Source of the DNA: Macrostomum lignano
Lineage: Eukaryota
Assembly (NCBI GenBank): GCA_002269645.1
Contig: NIVC01002354.1
Location: forward strand, 1 to 45,580
Direction: 5' to 3'
Length of the DNA stretch: 45,580 bases
Position numbers and translations under genes: made by a program. Below are positions 23,648-36,064 of the stretch, one piece after another (within the stretch, counting starts at the first letter, position 1; every line of letters starts with the position of its first letter). A model generated the notes under the pieces. The model did no database searches. It had not been told where the DNA came from and saw only the letters and a list, made by a program, of their open reading frames with translations.

Positions 23648-26086
23648 ATGAAATTCATTGTTGTTTTTAAAAACGACCGTCAGGTTGTAGAGATCCCAAT
23701 GGAAGGCGTAATACTCCCAAGGGAATTACAAGACCTATCTAGGTCGGAATGGCTTGAGAAGAGACACGCAACGGAGCGATGGATCTGTCAGGCTCGGTAC
23801 GAGCAAGAGGAGTACCTGGCATACGTCATGCAGGTGAGTAGTACTGAATTCGTTTGGATTTAAACTAGACTATAATTGAGACCGAGGTAGACAATATCTA
23901 CGGGCCAATGACAATACCAACAATAGTGCATGATATCCATCCATTATATCCTAACATTTAAGGTATATCTGGAAAATGAAGACGGTGAAACAGCCTGCAC
24001 GGAAGCCAGCATCCTCTACGTGCGAAAGCTGATCCGGAAGGGGTTCAAGATGCCGCAGATCCTTGAAGTACTGCAACCGCGTGTCTTCATGCCTTCGGAT
24101 TCGAAGAAAAGGAGGCGAGAATATCAAGCTAATGTAAGTTGCCGGTTGCAGTGTTCACTAGAATGAGTAAATTCAATAAATCAAATTAATAAATGAAAAT
24201 TTTAAATTGAACCTCCTTGTCAAAATCCCAAATTCTGCAGATTTACACAACAGAGTCGGAGCCCGACACCGACACTTTCCTGAATGGACGTCCTAGAGTT
24301 CTCGATCTCGGCGGCGAATCTCGCCTCTCTCTACCGGCGCAGATGCTTCTACAGCGCCAGCAACCGGCATCAACCCGTGCGCAACTGGTGGCAATGCCAG
24401 AGTCAGATGAGGATATTGGTGAGTTAAAATTCACTCACTCGACATTCATTCACACATTCACTCCGATGTCAATGATCTATTCACACACCAGTCACTTATT
24501 TACTCGCCCCACTCATCAACAGAGCCAGAGTCGGGGACAGCAGCCCCAGCGCCACTGCCGGAGTCAGAGACAGCAGCGCCAGTGCCTAAGGCGCCAGAGT
24601 CGGGGGCATCAGCACCTCCTTCAGCAGTGCAAGAGCCAGGAATTCAGACTACTGCAGACGAGTCGGTGTCTGAGCCAACGACTATTCCGAAGGAATCAAT
24701 TGGGGCGGCAGGTGCAGCGGCAGCAGCGCCAGCCTCAGAAGGTGACCCACAATTCCTAAACTTCGGTCCAGGCCACATCAATAAGCTGCGAGAAAGAGTT
24801 CAGGCCTGCATTAACCACAGCCTGACAAGTCCGGAGGGCCTCACGTTTCTCATGCTGACCGTCTTGCGGGCGTCTGGCGTCCTGGAAGCAAGACTGGCGA
24901 CTCAGGCGGGTGAAATAGCTGGTCTGCGCAGTGAAGTTGCGGGTCTTCGCAGTGAAGTTGGTCGGCTCTCTGCTGCTTCTTTGGATGTTGAACCGACCGG
25001 CCCTCAACCAAGCGAAGTCTGGCCAATTTCTACTTGGTCAAAGTACGCGAACTTCGTTTCGTCGCCCGGGGAGACGCTGATTGAGTTGGTAAGTTCAACA
25101 TTTTTTGGCTTACTCATTCCTTAACTATTTATTCATACATGTGCATAAAATTCACTCACTTATAATTCCCACATTCACCTAACCTTATCCCTTTCTCACT
25201 GGCAGAGGTCGGCGCTGCTTTGCTGCAAGAGTGCGAATTGGAAGATGACCCTCCGTGAAATGCTGAATTATGCACTGACGGCCAAAATGCAGAAGGTGGT
25301 CAACTTCAACGGTCGCGACATGGCCAACAGAGCCCGCACTGCTGGAGTTAACATATCCTTATCGGATGACCTGCTCGGCTTTGAAAAGGTGTTTCTGCGT
25401 TGGTTTCAAGGTAAGATGGCCTTTTAAAACAAAAAAGAGAGCAGTGTTTGAAGCGTTTGTCTGTTGCCCCGAAAATACTACTAAAAGTAGTCAGTAAAGA
25501 ATTGATGTATAACTTGTTACAGAAAAATTGTTAACATTATGTTTGGATCACGTAATGTCAATGAAAAAATCTACAAAATGAACTTATTCCAGACGCCATG
25601 AATACGATCTACGGAGACTATTCCACCCGACCAACGGAGAGACCACTTGGTGTTCCTACGAAGGACGAAGTGCGGAAAACATGTATGAACATGTTAAAGC
25701 ACGCCGCTGACCGTGTGACGCCTCGCTCTCATCGGCGTCAGGAAGAGCGTCCGACATCTGGAACACCAGACGAGCAACAGCTGGCAAGTGTTAACAACAG
25801 CCAGCAGCAACAACAAACCTCCGGACCGCAGCAGCAGCAGCAGCCACAAACCCCGGGACAGCAGCAGCCACGAACCCCGGGACAGCAGCAGCCACGAACC
25901 CCGGGACAGCAGCAGCCACGAACCCCGGGACAGCAGCAGCCACGAACCCCGGGACACCAGCAGCAGCAGCCACGAGCAACTGCTGTCGAGCCTCAAGCAA
26001 AGAAAAGGCGCGTCTACATCAGCTCTGGTAGTTCAAGTGATGAAATACCAGAAGCTTGTGATGACAGCTCCAGTGGCTTTGATTGA
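23648..26086 (+). CDS. Six-exon transposon accessory protein (599 aa), DUF4806-like C-terminal domain
   Basis: Exons 23648-23833, 23963-24133, 24241-24418, 24523-25088, 25206-25410 and 25593-26086. All introns are GT-AG with consistent phases, and the exons sum to 1800 nt. Features: coiled coil GEIAGLRSEVAGLRSEV; NYALTAKMQKVVNFNGR...EVRKTCMNMLKHAADR; Q/P repeats; basic motif AKKRR. Confidence 0.75.
25845..25975 (+). repeat. Coding 24-bp tandem repeat (QQQPRTPG), about 5 copies
   Basis: CAGCAGCAGCCACGAACCCCGGGA units within the last exon. Confidence 0.9.
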
Positions 26087-27389
26087 TCTCTGCACATCGG
26101 ATCACTGCAATCATTGCACATTGCTTTGCTAATACGAGTACACGTAGTTCATTGTCGCTCAATGTAGAGCGCAGCGAGTCCATTGCTTAAATCATTTGAA
26201 TTATCGCATTGTATAAACTGTATTTTATGTTATCGTCAAGTAAACAATATTTATTACTCGCTGAAAAGCTGCATGTTAAAACTCTGTGTTCTAAACAAGT
26301 TAAATATTGCCTATATTGACTCTAACTAAAGACTAAAATAAAAATGGCAACAAAAGCTCACTGTATGCACCAAAAGAAACAAGTCTAGAAGTACGCCTGT
26401 ATTGCTTGTAAAGCTAGCTAAAATTCTGGAGAGGTCATCAAGAGCAGGAATTTTGAGGAGCTCAATAAATGATAGGCCCACGTGTCGCACATTCACAGTA
26501 TACTACTGTAAGTAGACTGGAGGGATTTTTTGTCCAACTATATTCTGACCGACGCCAGGCGGACGTCGCGCGACGACGGGGCGGCCAAACAATTGGTCCG
26601 CCCCAGGACCGTCGTGCGTCCGCGAGAAGCACGTTGCCCGACTCATGGGGCGCACTCCAATTTCCCACTGGGTATGTAGCATTTTGCTCCTTAGCATAAA
26701 AATAGGATATTACATTTAGATTATGAGGATAAGGATGAAAGAATATTAATAAGGAAATACTAAATAAATACTAATAGGATATGAATATGAATTATGATTG
26801 ATTGTAGTTTACTTTGTTTGCTTTGTTGTAGTTTAAGTTTAAGTTTAAGTTTAAGTTTATCATATTTATTATGCATAATGCCTATTATTATTATTAATTT
26901 TATGTATTTTATTGTAATGTAACTAACTGCACAAAAATAAATATATTTTTACTTTGATGTTTGATGTAAATTAATTTGTAACCAATATAAATTAAACTTT
27001 TTATTTATTTCTTTAATTCCAGCTGTAGCAGCTCTTAACTTTTGGATTTGGTCTATCCTATTGAATATTGACTTGACTTGAGTTTAAGTTCAAGTTGCAG
27101 TGACAGTGTGGTGCCATGAGTAAGCCAGATGATAAGGACGGTGAGCATGAGGGTGGCCATGAGCAACTTGAGCATAGTTGCAAGGCCAAAATTGTTAGGC
27201 CTCATCGTGCCACCAGTATTTTGTGGAGCTTCTTTATGCTACCAAATGCAGGTGACAATTTGGTTTCTGAGTGCACATTGTGTCATGCAACTGTTTGTTG
27301 TAGAACAAAGAAAGCAAATGCATCCAATGGTGTGATAAATAGGCAATTAGATAAATAGCATGCACGGTGAGCAATTAGTTAGGCCCTAG

Positions 27390-28381
27390 ACAAACCTACT
27401 TGGAGCGTCAGAGATTTTAAAGCTATTAATCCTAATCGCCTATCGCCGGTCGGCGAGTTCTACCAGTCTTTCTCCAATAGCCGCAGGTACAGTACAAGAA
27501 AAGAAAGAACACGAGGGAACACGAACCGAAAGATTTAGAGAGTGATAATCCTATGTGATACAACTGATAATTGGCTAGACGATTTAATTTGATTACTTCA
27601 AGTTACAAGATATAAATTCAAAGTGGCGCAGATAACTAGAGTTGACAAAACGACGATAATGGTTAATAATAATAATTAGATTACGCAACTAGCAAGCAGA
27701 TCTCAGCTGAAAAGAAGAGGAAGAAAACCGGACACAACCACGGAGAAGACTCCTAACCCCTGGCCTAAACCAGAACCTACACTCGAACGAGCCCTGCCGA
27801 ACCGACCGTTCAATGGAGTACTGACTAAATTCTATTGGCACTGCCCTTCAGTGTGACACTGAGGCCCTCGGGGTCGAGGCCGCATACTTGATCAGATCCG
27901 ACAGTCTCTATCTAACCGCGCTTGATAGCGACAACTTCAGACAGGAATTTGCCATAGACGTTACGCCACAAGACTGAAGCAGTTGGGCGGGGAACAAAGT
28001 ATGGACTGGGGTGACGAATCAAAACGCCTCAAAATGCGAACCAAAGGGAAACAGGCCACCGGCCGAGAAGCTGGAACACAAACCAAGAATTGGGGAAAGA
28101 AGGCAAGGAGAGAAGGCGAGATCTGATTGCCAAACACACTTTTATATATAGTCAAAGTCACAACCCCTCAAAACCCCCTCAAGCCGGGTGGTGGTCGTTT
28201 GGCCGGCCGCTTGCTTAAGCCGAATTGTACTGTGCCCGCGGCGCCGGGTAGAATTGAAACTTGCCGCATGCCAGGGTCCAGGCCGGTTCTGATTGGCTGG
28301 CCGCGCAAAGCTGGGGTTCGCAGACAAACTCAACCCTCCGCTGAGTCACAAATGGCGTCTGACTTCTAGCCTGTTTACGCA
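27390..28381 (-). mobile_element. Unclassified LTR-like insertion carrying a promoter
   Basis: About 1 kb GC-richer block interrupting the hAT gene. On the minus strand: AP-1 (28342-28348), CCAAT (28292-28296) and TATATAAAA (28140-28150). Ends and TSD not resolved. Confidence 0.35.
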
Positions 28382-28981
28382 AAATTGATTCTAACTAACA
28401 AGGAAAAAGTACACCAAAAATGTATGACTAAACTAAAGCAAAATAACAAATCAATAACAATAATCCAAAACCTAACTAATAGAATACAAGGCTATCGCAA
28501 AAGATGCTCACACTACAATGGAGGCATGTGGTCCCATTTGAAGACAAGACACAAAGAGGAACATGAGAAGGTGTTAGGAGCCAATGAAGATGAGAAGAAA
28601 AGAAAATATGAATTCAAAGAAAATGAGCTTGCAGCTGATGCTATGTTTCTTACTACTAAAAAAGCTCGTTTGCAGTCTGCATCATCTAAGCCAAAAAGTT
28701 TGGTTTAGTCAACTTTAACTTTGACTTCAAGTCTAAGTTCTACAAAGCCCAAAGCAAATATTGAAAGAGTGCAAACACAGTGCCAGCCTTTTGTAACTGT
28801 CAATAGTACGAGGGGCACTATTAAAGTTCTGAGCCTGACCAAGATCTTATAGTGGCAAAGTGTTGAAACTTTAGGCTCTAAAAGCGCCACATGTTAATAG
28901 CCTATTGTCAACTTTTCAGAATTTTCTGCATTCCCTAAGTCCCACTGCACCATTTTATTTCCAGCACCCCATGGCATTTTC

Positions 28982-31900
28982 TAGAGGTCGGACGAGCAAA
29001 AATTTTTGGGTCGGGCGTGAGTAGTCGTGAATAATTTCAGCTTTGCCGTGATCGTGATCGTGATCGTGATTGGTTCGTGAAAAATTAAAAGTAAAAAATT
29101 TCCGTTCAAATTTTGTTTTTTTTTCTTCAAATTTGAATTTTTCTATCAGTTAATGTGTTTGATTCTATTTTTAAGTGCTTCTATACCATCAGCTTATACC
29201 ATCTGCATCTGCCCATCTGGCTTTCTTCTCTGGTTGAGAAGGAACTCAGAGTCTGGCTGAGAAGTAAGAAGTTCTTACTTCTTAGACATTTGTGTTGCTT
29301 TTTGGCTTTCTCAAAGCTCAAACTAAGCTGAAAGCTGTAACTATTTAGTATTTTTATTTTTAAATTTTTAATTTAAAAGTAGTATTTGCTACTATTACTA
29401 TTTTAGAATTTAGTATTAAATAAATAGTTAAAACAAAAATTTCATTTCATTTTGATCATGAATTTGCATATTTGAGTTTTTCTTTCTTCTTATTATTTTT
29501 ATGCTATAATAATGTATAAATAGATTAGATACTATACAGATAGATAGTAGATACTAGAGCATAATTTTATAATCTGATTGTCTAATAGTTATTTAGTAAT
29601 TATAATTTATAACTAATAATTTTTAATATATAAGCATAGTATTTTTTTACTAAAATAAATTGCTGTAAATTAAAAATTAAGGTTGACTAAGTCTAAGTAC
29701 TAAGTAGCAAATATACTTGATGGATATGCTAAATTAAATTGTTATTTGCTATTGTTATTGTCATTTGTTAATAGTAATAATAATAGTCAAACACAAATAT
29801 TAAATACTTTTTCTTCTTGAATTGAATTGAATAATGAATAATATTCAATATTCAATATAGTATTAACTATTATGTACTAGTACTATCATGTGGTACACTG
29901 GTATATTGAATATGTATGCCTGATTGCCTGATGCATAGTAGTATATTTCTAATCTATATGGTTAGTCTAAAAATATTTTTTTCTAGCCTATTTGACTTTA
30001 AAGTCTGTAGTGACTTTACATTTACACTATACTGCTATACTATGCAATATTTTATTTAAAATATAAATAAATATTTTAATTTAAAATAATATAATACTTG
30101 TTTTTTCTTTGCTTTTCTACCTAGCAAATTAAAATAGGCAATTACACAATATTACATTACAATTTACAATTTACAAATCAAACAATTTCAGCCATTCATT
30201 TGCAATGGCCTCTGTTGATAAGCCAACCCAGCAACCTCGAGGAAGAGGCAGTGCTGTGTGGTTGTACTTTAAAGACGTTGAAGGAAAAGAGAATTCTGCT
30301 GCTTGCCTAGCTTGTAAGAAGGAGGTTCTACGAAACACAGGATCAACAGGCAGCATGCGAAGACACATAGAATCCTGCCATCCAATTCAATTCAAAGAGC
30401 TCCTAAACACTGAGGCAGATCGTGCAAAGCCAAAATGTAAAGATGGACCACAACCATTGAAGCAGCAGAAGTTGAGCACAATGTTTGCTCAAGCAAATGC
30501 TCAAGAATGGTCGGATTCGCACCCTCGTTCGGTTGCAATTGATCGAAAAATTCTCCGCTTTATTGTGTTGGATTCACAGCCATTCTCTGTGGTAGAAGGT
30601 GAAGGCTTTCGCGATCTGTTGAAAGAAGCATGTCCGCAATATCGATTGAAGAGCACTCGATTTTATCATGACAAGCTAGAGACTCTCTATGAAGAAATTA
30701 AATTGCAGGTCCAGGACGAAATAGACAGACTGCGAGATTTCGGTTTCACGTGTGACTTGTGGAGTGACGGCCAGTTGGCACTCATGTCCTTCACAATCCA
30801 TTCTATCACGCCAGATTTTGAGCGTAAGCAGCTTTTACTGTGCGTAAAGCCATTCACTGATGCCCATACTGGGCTTAACATCTCGGCCGTTTTTTCGACA
30901 ACCCTTGGTGAGTGGGGCATTGGCTTAGAGCAAGTCAGCCTCCTCCTGCGTGATGGGGCCAGCAACATGAAGCTTGCAGGAGAACTTCTGAAAGTACCAT
31001 CTGCCCATTGTGCTGCCCACAAGCTGAACCTTGTTGTTAAGGATTCCATCTCCGGTCATCGAGGACTGAAGACAATACTTGACAAAGCACGGAGCATTGT
31101 TGGCCACTTCCACCACTCTGTAACCGCTCAAGCAAACCTCAAAACACTGCAGCTCCAGCTGAAGCTACCAACACACAGCCTCGTGCAAGATGTAGACACA
31201 CGCTGGAATTCAACACTAGCCATGTTACGCCGAATCAACGAGCAAGAGGAAGCGTTTAGTGTCTATCGCACCAGACACCGACCAATTGAAATCCTGACGG
31301 ACAATGAGTCAGATGTTTCAAAGAAAGCTGTCAAACTTCTTGAGATTTTTGAGGTTTTTACGCTAGAAGTCAGCAGGGAAACTGCCAGCATCTCGTGTAT
31401 CTTGCCGATGGTGAAAGTGTCGCTGGAGCATCTGCAGCAGGTAGACTGCTTTGGCATCACGTACCTTCGAGACGACCTGGTGAAAGGGTTGACTCAACGC
31501 TTCTCTGACGAAAAAAAGAGTCACCACCACATTGTTGCTACGATGTTAGACCCACGCTTCCGGCTAGATTTTTTCGATGAAGAGCAGCGCAACTTTGCTA
31601 AGGCTGAGCTCGTAAAAGCAATGAATGAAATTTTGCGTGAAACTTCTCTTCCTACTGTTGATGGCGATACAGCCATAGACGAGGACCTCTCCGATGTATC
31701 TATCGAAACTGAGCCGTGAGTATTTCCTCTATTTCATAATTCAATGTACATGTACATGTAACAAAAAAATTAAATTATAAATTACATTTGCTACATCTGT
31801 AAGTTATAAATTTTATAACTAATATATCAAAGTTCTCTTTGTTTTAACTTTTAACTTTTAATTTCACCTTTTTAGACAAACTGAGTCTCAGCCTCAGCAG

Positions 31901-33195
31901 CTATCTATGTCAGCCCTGTTCGAGAAGTCTTCTACTTCTAGTGCTGCAGCTGCAACTCTGCGTGACCTGTCTAGGGCCGGAACGCTACTGCCAGTTTCAA
32001 ACAGAGGCAATGCTATGGACAAGTTGGCTCGTGAAATGGCAGCCTACCTATCAGAGCCTCGACTTCCATTTGAGGAAGACCCAATGAAGTTCTGGAGAGA
32101 CAAGACTCCATCAACTGCAATGTCAGCACTTGTTCGGAAATTTCTGGGACCACCACCTACCAGTGTTCCAAGTGAGCGTATCTTCAGCAACGTTGGAAAC
32201 ATCTACGAGCCGAAACGACGTCGCCTGCTTGGCGAAACCGTTGAAAAGCTTGTTTTTATTAACTATAATGTTCGGAAGTTTGACCCATAGAGAAATGAGC
32301 AGGGTCCATTCAATTCATTGCTGTTATTGCTGATTAGTGATTAGTTTTACTTTTTTGAAGATTGAGATCAGAGAGACAAGATAATGATAGAGAAAATAAA
32401 TAATCAAAGACTATAGAACAAGTAGAGTTGGAGCTACAAGAAAAAGTTTATCGATAAGGAATAGATAACTGTTGCTATAGTGTGTAGCTGTGTACTCTGT
32501 AGTCTGTAGACTCTGTAGTATGATTTTTTGCATGTAGCTAGTATAGTATAGATTAGACTTAAATTAGTCATTGTAATAACACTATATGTGTAGAACGTAA
32601 AAGTAAAGTAGTAAACCTACATGTACTCTTTTATACTTCATATTCATACACTGATAAGCTTTTCTGTTTTTCACTTTTCACTGTTTTCAGTTCTGTAGGC
32701 AGCTAAGCAAGTTAACAAACACTTGTCTGTACATGTCATGTACTATCATGTAGTGAAATTTATATACAGTCATACATATATACAATTTATATTTTCATTC
32801 AGTGCTTTTCAGTTTTAATTTTACATTTTACAAAATAAACAAAAGATTGAAAAGAATAAGGCAGTAAGCTTTGAACTTCGAAAATCCACTTTAACTTCGA
32901 ACTTTCTGAACTAAGTAAAGTAAACTGAAAACTCTATTCTGTAAGTTTTGTGTTAAAACACATTCGTTGTATTTGAAAAGAAAAACAAAAACCAAGTAAG
33001 TCTACATTTAGGACTGTACACGATTGTGGTTTGGGGAACTGAAAAGTATAAACATAGTAACATCTGAAGCTGAAAGAAACCCACAATCACGATCACGCAC
33101 GTGAAAAATGTTTCACGACTCGTGAATTCACGACACTGAAAAAGGTCGTGAATTCACGATATCGTGATCACGATCGTGATCACGTCCTACCCCTA
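28982..33195 (+). mobile_element. Inner hAT element (4214 bp), apparently autonomous
   Basis: Imperfect 13-bp TIRs TAGAGGTCGGACG / CGTCCTACCCCTA. 8-bp TSD GCATTTTC (28974-28981 / 33196-33203). CGTGAT/ATCACG subterminal repeats. Confidence 0.92.
30205..32290 (+). CDS. hAT (ZBED-like) transposase, 641 aa, two exons
   Basis: Exons 30205-31715 and 31876-32290 (GT-AG, phase 2). BED finger, TCDLWS, RDGASNM, CAAHKLNL, TRWNS, MLDPRF and SVPSERIFS. No stops. Confidence 0.93.
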
Positions 33196-34296
33196 GCATT
33201 TTCTCAAGAATTGAAGCTTGAGCACAGGGCAGTGATTAAATTTCTGACTCTGGAGGGCTCAAAGCCTGCTGAAATTCAAAGCCGCATGGCTAGTGTGTAC
33301 GCTGACGCTGCCCCCTCATACGCCACCATAAAGCGCTGGGCAGCCGAGTTCAAGCGTGGCCGCGACTCGCTCGAAGATGACCCCCGATGTGGACGACCCC
33401 GGACTGCTGTCACTGCCGACAACATCCAGCGCATCCAGGCTCTGGTTGACAGTGACCAGCGGGTGAAAGTCAGGGAACTTGCGGCAGACACTGGACTCTC
33501 TGACCCGCAAGTCATTGAGATCCTGCACCAGCATCTTCATCTGTCCAAGGTTTCTGCCAGATGGATCCCACGAATCTTGACAAGAGACCAAAAGACCGCA
33601 CGGGTGCAGTACTCAAAGCTTGTCCTGGACTCCTACGATCCGGACCCTGCCAACTTTCTGTCCTGCTGCGTGACCGGGGATGAGACGTGGATCCATCACC
33701 ACGATCCCGAGTCCAAGCAGGAGTCCAAGCAGTGGCTGCCAGTTGGTTCACCTGCACCACTGAAGGCACGGACTGCATGCAGTGCGGGCAAGATTATGCT
33801 CACCGTCTTCTGGGATGCCAAGGGCCCGCTGCTGCTGGACTTTCTACCGCACAAGCAGACAGTCACAGGCGCCTACTACGCTGACCTGATCGCCCGTCTG
33901 CGCGAGGCAATCAAGGAAAATAGGCGAGGGATGCTGAGCCGAGGTGTTGTGCTGCTGCACGACAATGCACCGGCCCACACTAGCAGGATTGCCAAGGCTG
34001 CTGTCAGTGTCGCAGGGTTTCGAGAGCTGCCGCACCCAGCCTATTCACCAGACCTGGCCCCGAGCGACTTCCACCTGTTTCCACATCTCAAGCGGGCGCT
34101 CCGTGGACAGCGATTTGACACTGATGATGCGCTGAAGGATGCTGCAACTGCTTGGTTTGAGGGCTGCTCGGTGCAATTCTTCCAGAGTGGCATTGAGGCG
34201 CTGCGATCAAGATGCCATAAGTGCATCTTGGTTGGGGGAGACTATGTTGAGAAAAGCTTATCTCACTTTGCCCATATCTCCTCTCTTTCATATTAA
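33196..34296 (+). CDS. Mariner DD34D transposase, separated from its ATG
   Basis: EHRAVIKFL, WAAEFKRG, RCGRP, WIPRIL, VTGDETW, LLHDNAPAH and YSPDLAPSDFHLF with no stops. The ATG sits at 28971-28973, left of the hAT insertion. Confidence 0.93.
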   Translation, partial: AFSQELKLEHRAVIKFLTLEGSKPAEIQSRMASVYADAAPSYATIKRWAAEFKRGRDSLEDDPRCGRPRTAVTADNIQRIQALVDSDQRVKVRELAADTGLSDPQVIEILHQHLHLSKVSARWIPRILTRDQKTARVQYSKLVLDSYDPDPANFLSCCVTGDETWIHHHDPESKQESKQWLPVGSPAPLKARTACSAGKIMLTVFWDAKGPLLLDFLPHKQTVTGAYYADLIARLREAIKENRRGMLSRGVVLLHDNAPAHTSRIAKAAVSVAGFRELPHPAYSPDLAPSDFHLFPHLKRALRGQRFDTDDALKDAATAWFEGCSVQFFQSGIEALRSRCHKCILVGGDYVEKSLSHFAHISSLSY

Positions 34297-35159
34297 GGCT
34301 CAGAACTTTAATAGTGCCCCTCGTAAATGGGTGCATTCTGATCCAAAGGCGATTGAGATGACTAATGACCTGGCAATGGTCATTGCTCTTGACCAGGAGC
34401 CCTATGCAATGGTTGAACACTATGGCTTTGGTAGCTTTTTAGAGAAACGCTTCCAAAGGTACCAAATCCCAACTGCTGACCACATGCCCATGTTGCCATT
34501 CCACAACTGTACCAATCTGTGGCTGAACCAGTACGTCAGATTTTATTTGCCAGTAAAACTGTAGCAATTGCAACAGATGGTTAGACTGCTGAAAACGCTG
34601 CCTTTGAAATTTTGGGCCTTATTGTTTTCACTATCCAAGACAATGGCAAGCTTAACCATGTTGTACTCTGCTGCCTAGAGATCCGTGGCTTTGCAAATGC
34701 TGAGAACATAAAGATTGTGATTAAGCAGGTAAATTAAAAATTTTTGCAATATTTTTTTCTTTTTTACAGTTTACAATATACAGTATTGATTTTCTTGTTT
34801 TAATACTAAATAAGTAATAACATTTTATTGACTTTATTTATAATTTATGTTACTTTTTTTTCTTTTCTTTCTTACCTTTTAATGCTAATAGGCACTGGAA
34901 GACTGGCAACTTACTGACCGGGTAGTTGCCTTTGTCACAGACAATGCCCCAGTGATGCAGAAGGCAGTTAGGTTGCTTGAGTACCCACATCATGGGTGTG
35001 TAGTTCATCGTCTACAGAATGCTGTGCGCAAGAACATTCATTCAACTCCTTCCAATGGAGAGCCAGTGCAACGAATTGTCAATGATGTGGTAGCCTATTG
35101 CAAGCAAATTGCTGGCCATCTTAACAGGATTAGCAAGGCTGCTAATGATTCTTAGAACA

Positions 35160-35432
35160 AGTCAGCGTGTATTGTAGGAAAAAAAGAATTTTCAAAATTG
35201 CTTTAGTAGAAGCTGAGTAAAATGCAATTTTCCAATCCTCATAGGAATTCCAATGTGTTACCTGGCTTCCAAATCAGATGCTTACAGCTTACTGTATGCT
35301 CATTAAGCGACAAAGAACAATGAAATTACACTAAGACATGTATCATCGCAGCGTGTATGCAGGAAAAAAGAATTTTCCAAATTGCTTTAGTAGAAGCTGA
35401 GTAAAATGCAATTTTCCAATCCTTATGGGAAT
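35160..35432. repeat. About 85-bp direct duplication
   Basis: AGCGTGTAT...AAAATTGCTTTAGTAGAAGCTGAGTAAAATGCAATTTTCCAATCC at about 35164 and 35350. Confidence 0.85.
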
Positions 35433-35472
35433 TTGTATGTTTAAATAATAAACTTATGTTGAATACAATTTA

Positions 35473-36064
35473 GGCAGTGCTTATCCCCACGGTACCATAG
35501 GAATAATTTCTGTCTTACTCCAACGGTACCGTGGGGATAATTTTCTGCTTATCCGCATGGCACACTGACGAGATAGCTGCCTATCTTCTACATATGCCGT
35601 GGGTTCATAATTTAGTTTAGTACTTACGGCTTGAGTGCAATATAACAACATAACTTTGCTTGGCTATTATTTTGATAGAAGTAAAGATTTAATGGCCTTT
35701 TTACGCAAAAAAACACTTTTTTGTATTTATGACATATGATTTAAGATGAATTGCTCTAGTAATTGTTTACAATTTAAGAACTTTTAGCAACTAGTCTAAT
35801 CCCGACATCCCCGAAAAGTCCATTGCCGCTGCTTCTGTAGACTTCTTACTAGACATGTAAATTCTCAATTTGTTTGTATAGATTATTGCATTGCTTCAAC
35901 AATTCACCCGTGCGGATAAGCAGAAAATTATTCCCACGGCATATGTAGAAGATAGGACAGCTATCTCGTCAATGTGCCGTGCGGATAAGCAGAAAATTAT
36001 CCCTACGGTACCGTTGGAATAAGACAGAAATTATTCCTACGGTACCGTGGGGATAAGCACTGCC
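35473..36064. mobile_element. MULE-type MITE (592 bp)
   Basis: Long TIRs of about 150 bp or more starting GGCAGTGCTTATCCCCACGG. 9-bp TSD TACAATTTA. Confidence 0.88.

Larger units (their letters stand above)
17002..26672 (-). mobile_element. Animal-type EnSpm/CACTA (CMC) element, 9.7 kb
   Basis: CCCAGTGG / CCACTGGG termini flanked by TA on both sides, with GACGTC/CGACG-rich subterminal regions. It encloses the CMC transposase and a divergent accessory gene. Confidence 0.7.
28809..34323 (+). mobile_element. Mariner element (1293 bp net of the nested hAT)
   Basis: Perfect 28-bp TIRs CGAGGGGCACTATTAAAGTTCTGAGCCT at 28809-28836 and 34296-34323, flanked by TA. Confidence 0.95.
27116..35155 (+). 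pseudogene. Fragmented transposase of the outer hAT
   Basis: BED finger at 27116-27366 (LWSFF...CTLC). A second BED-like end WSHLKTRH near 28520. The frame rejoins across the mariner (VNS/KWVHSDPKA...ALDQEPYAMVEHYGF). After an intron at about 34729-34891 come VTDNAPVM and GCVVHRLQN. Multiple stops. Confidence 0.85.

Noticed and set aside
23376-23648. 90-aa minus ORF as an N-terminal extension of the transposase
   Set aside because: It is in frame but closed by TAG at 23376-23378 and has low complexity. It is more simply promoter sequence.
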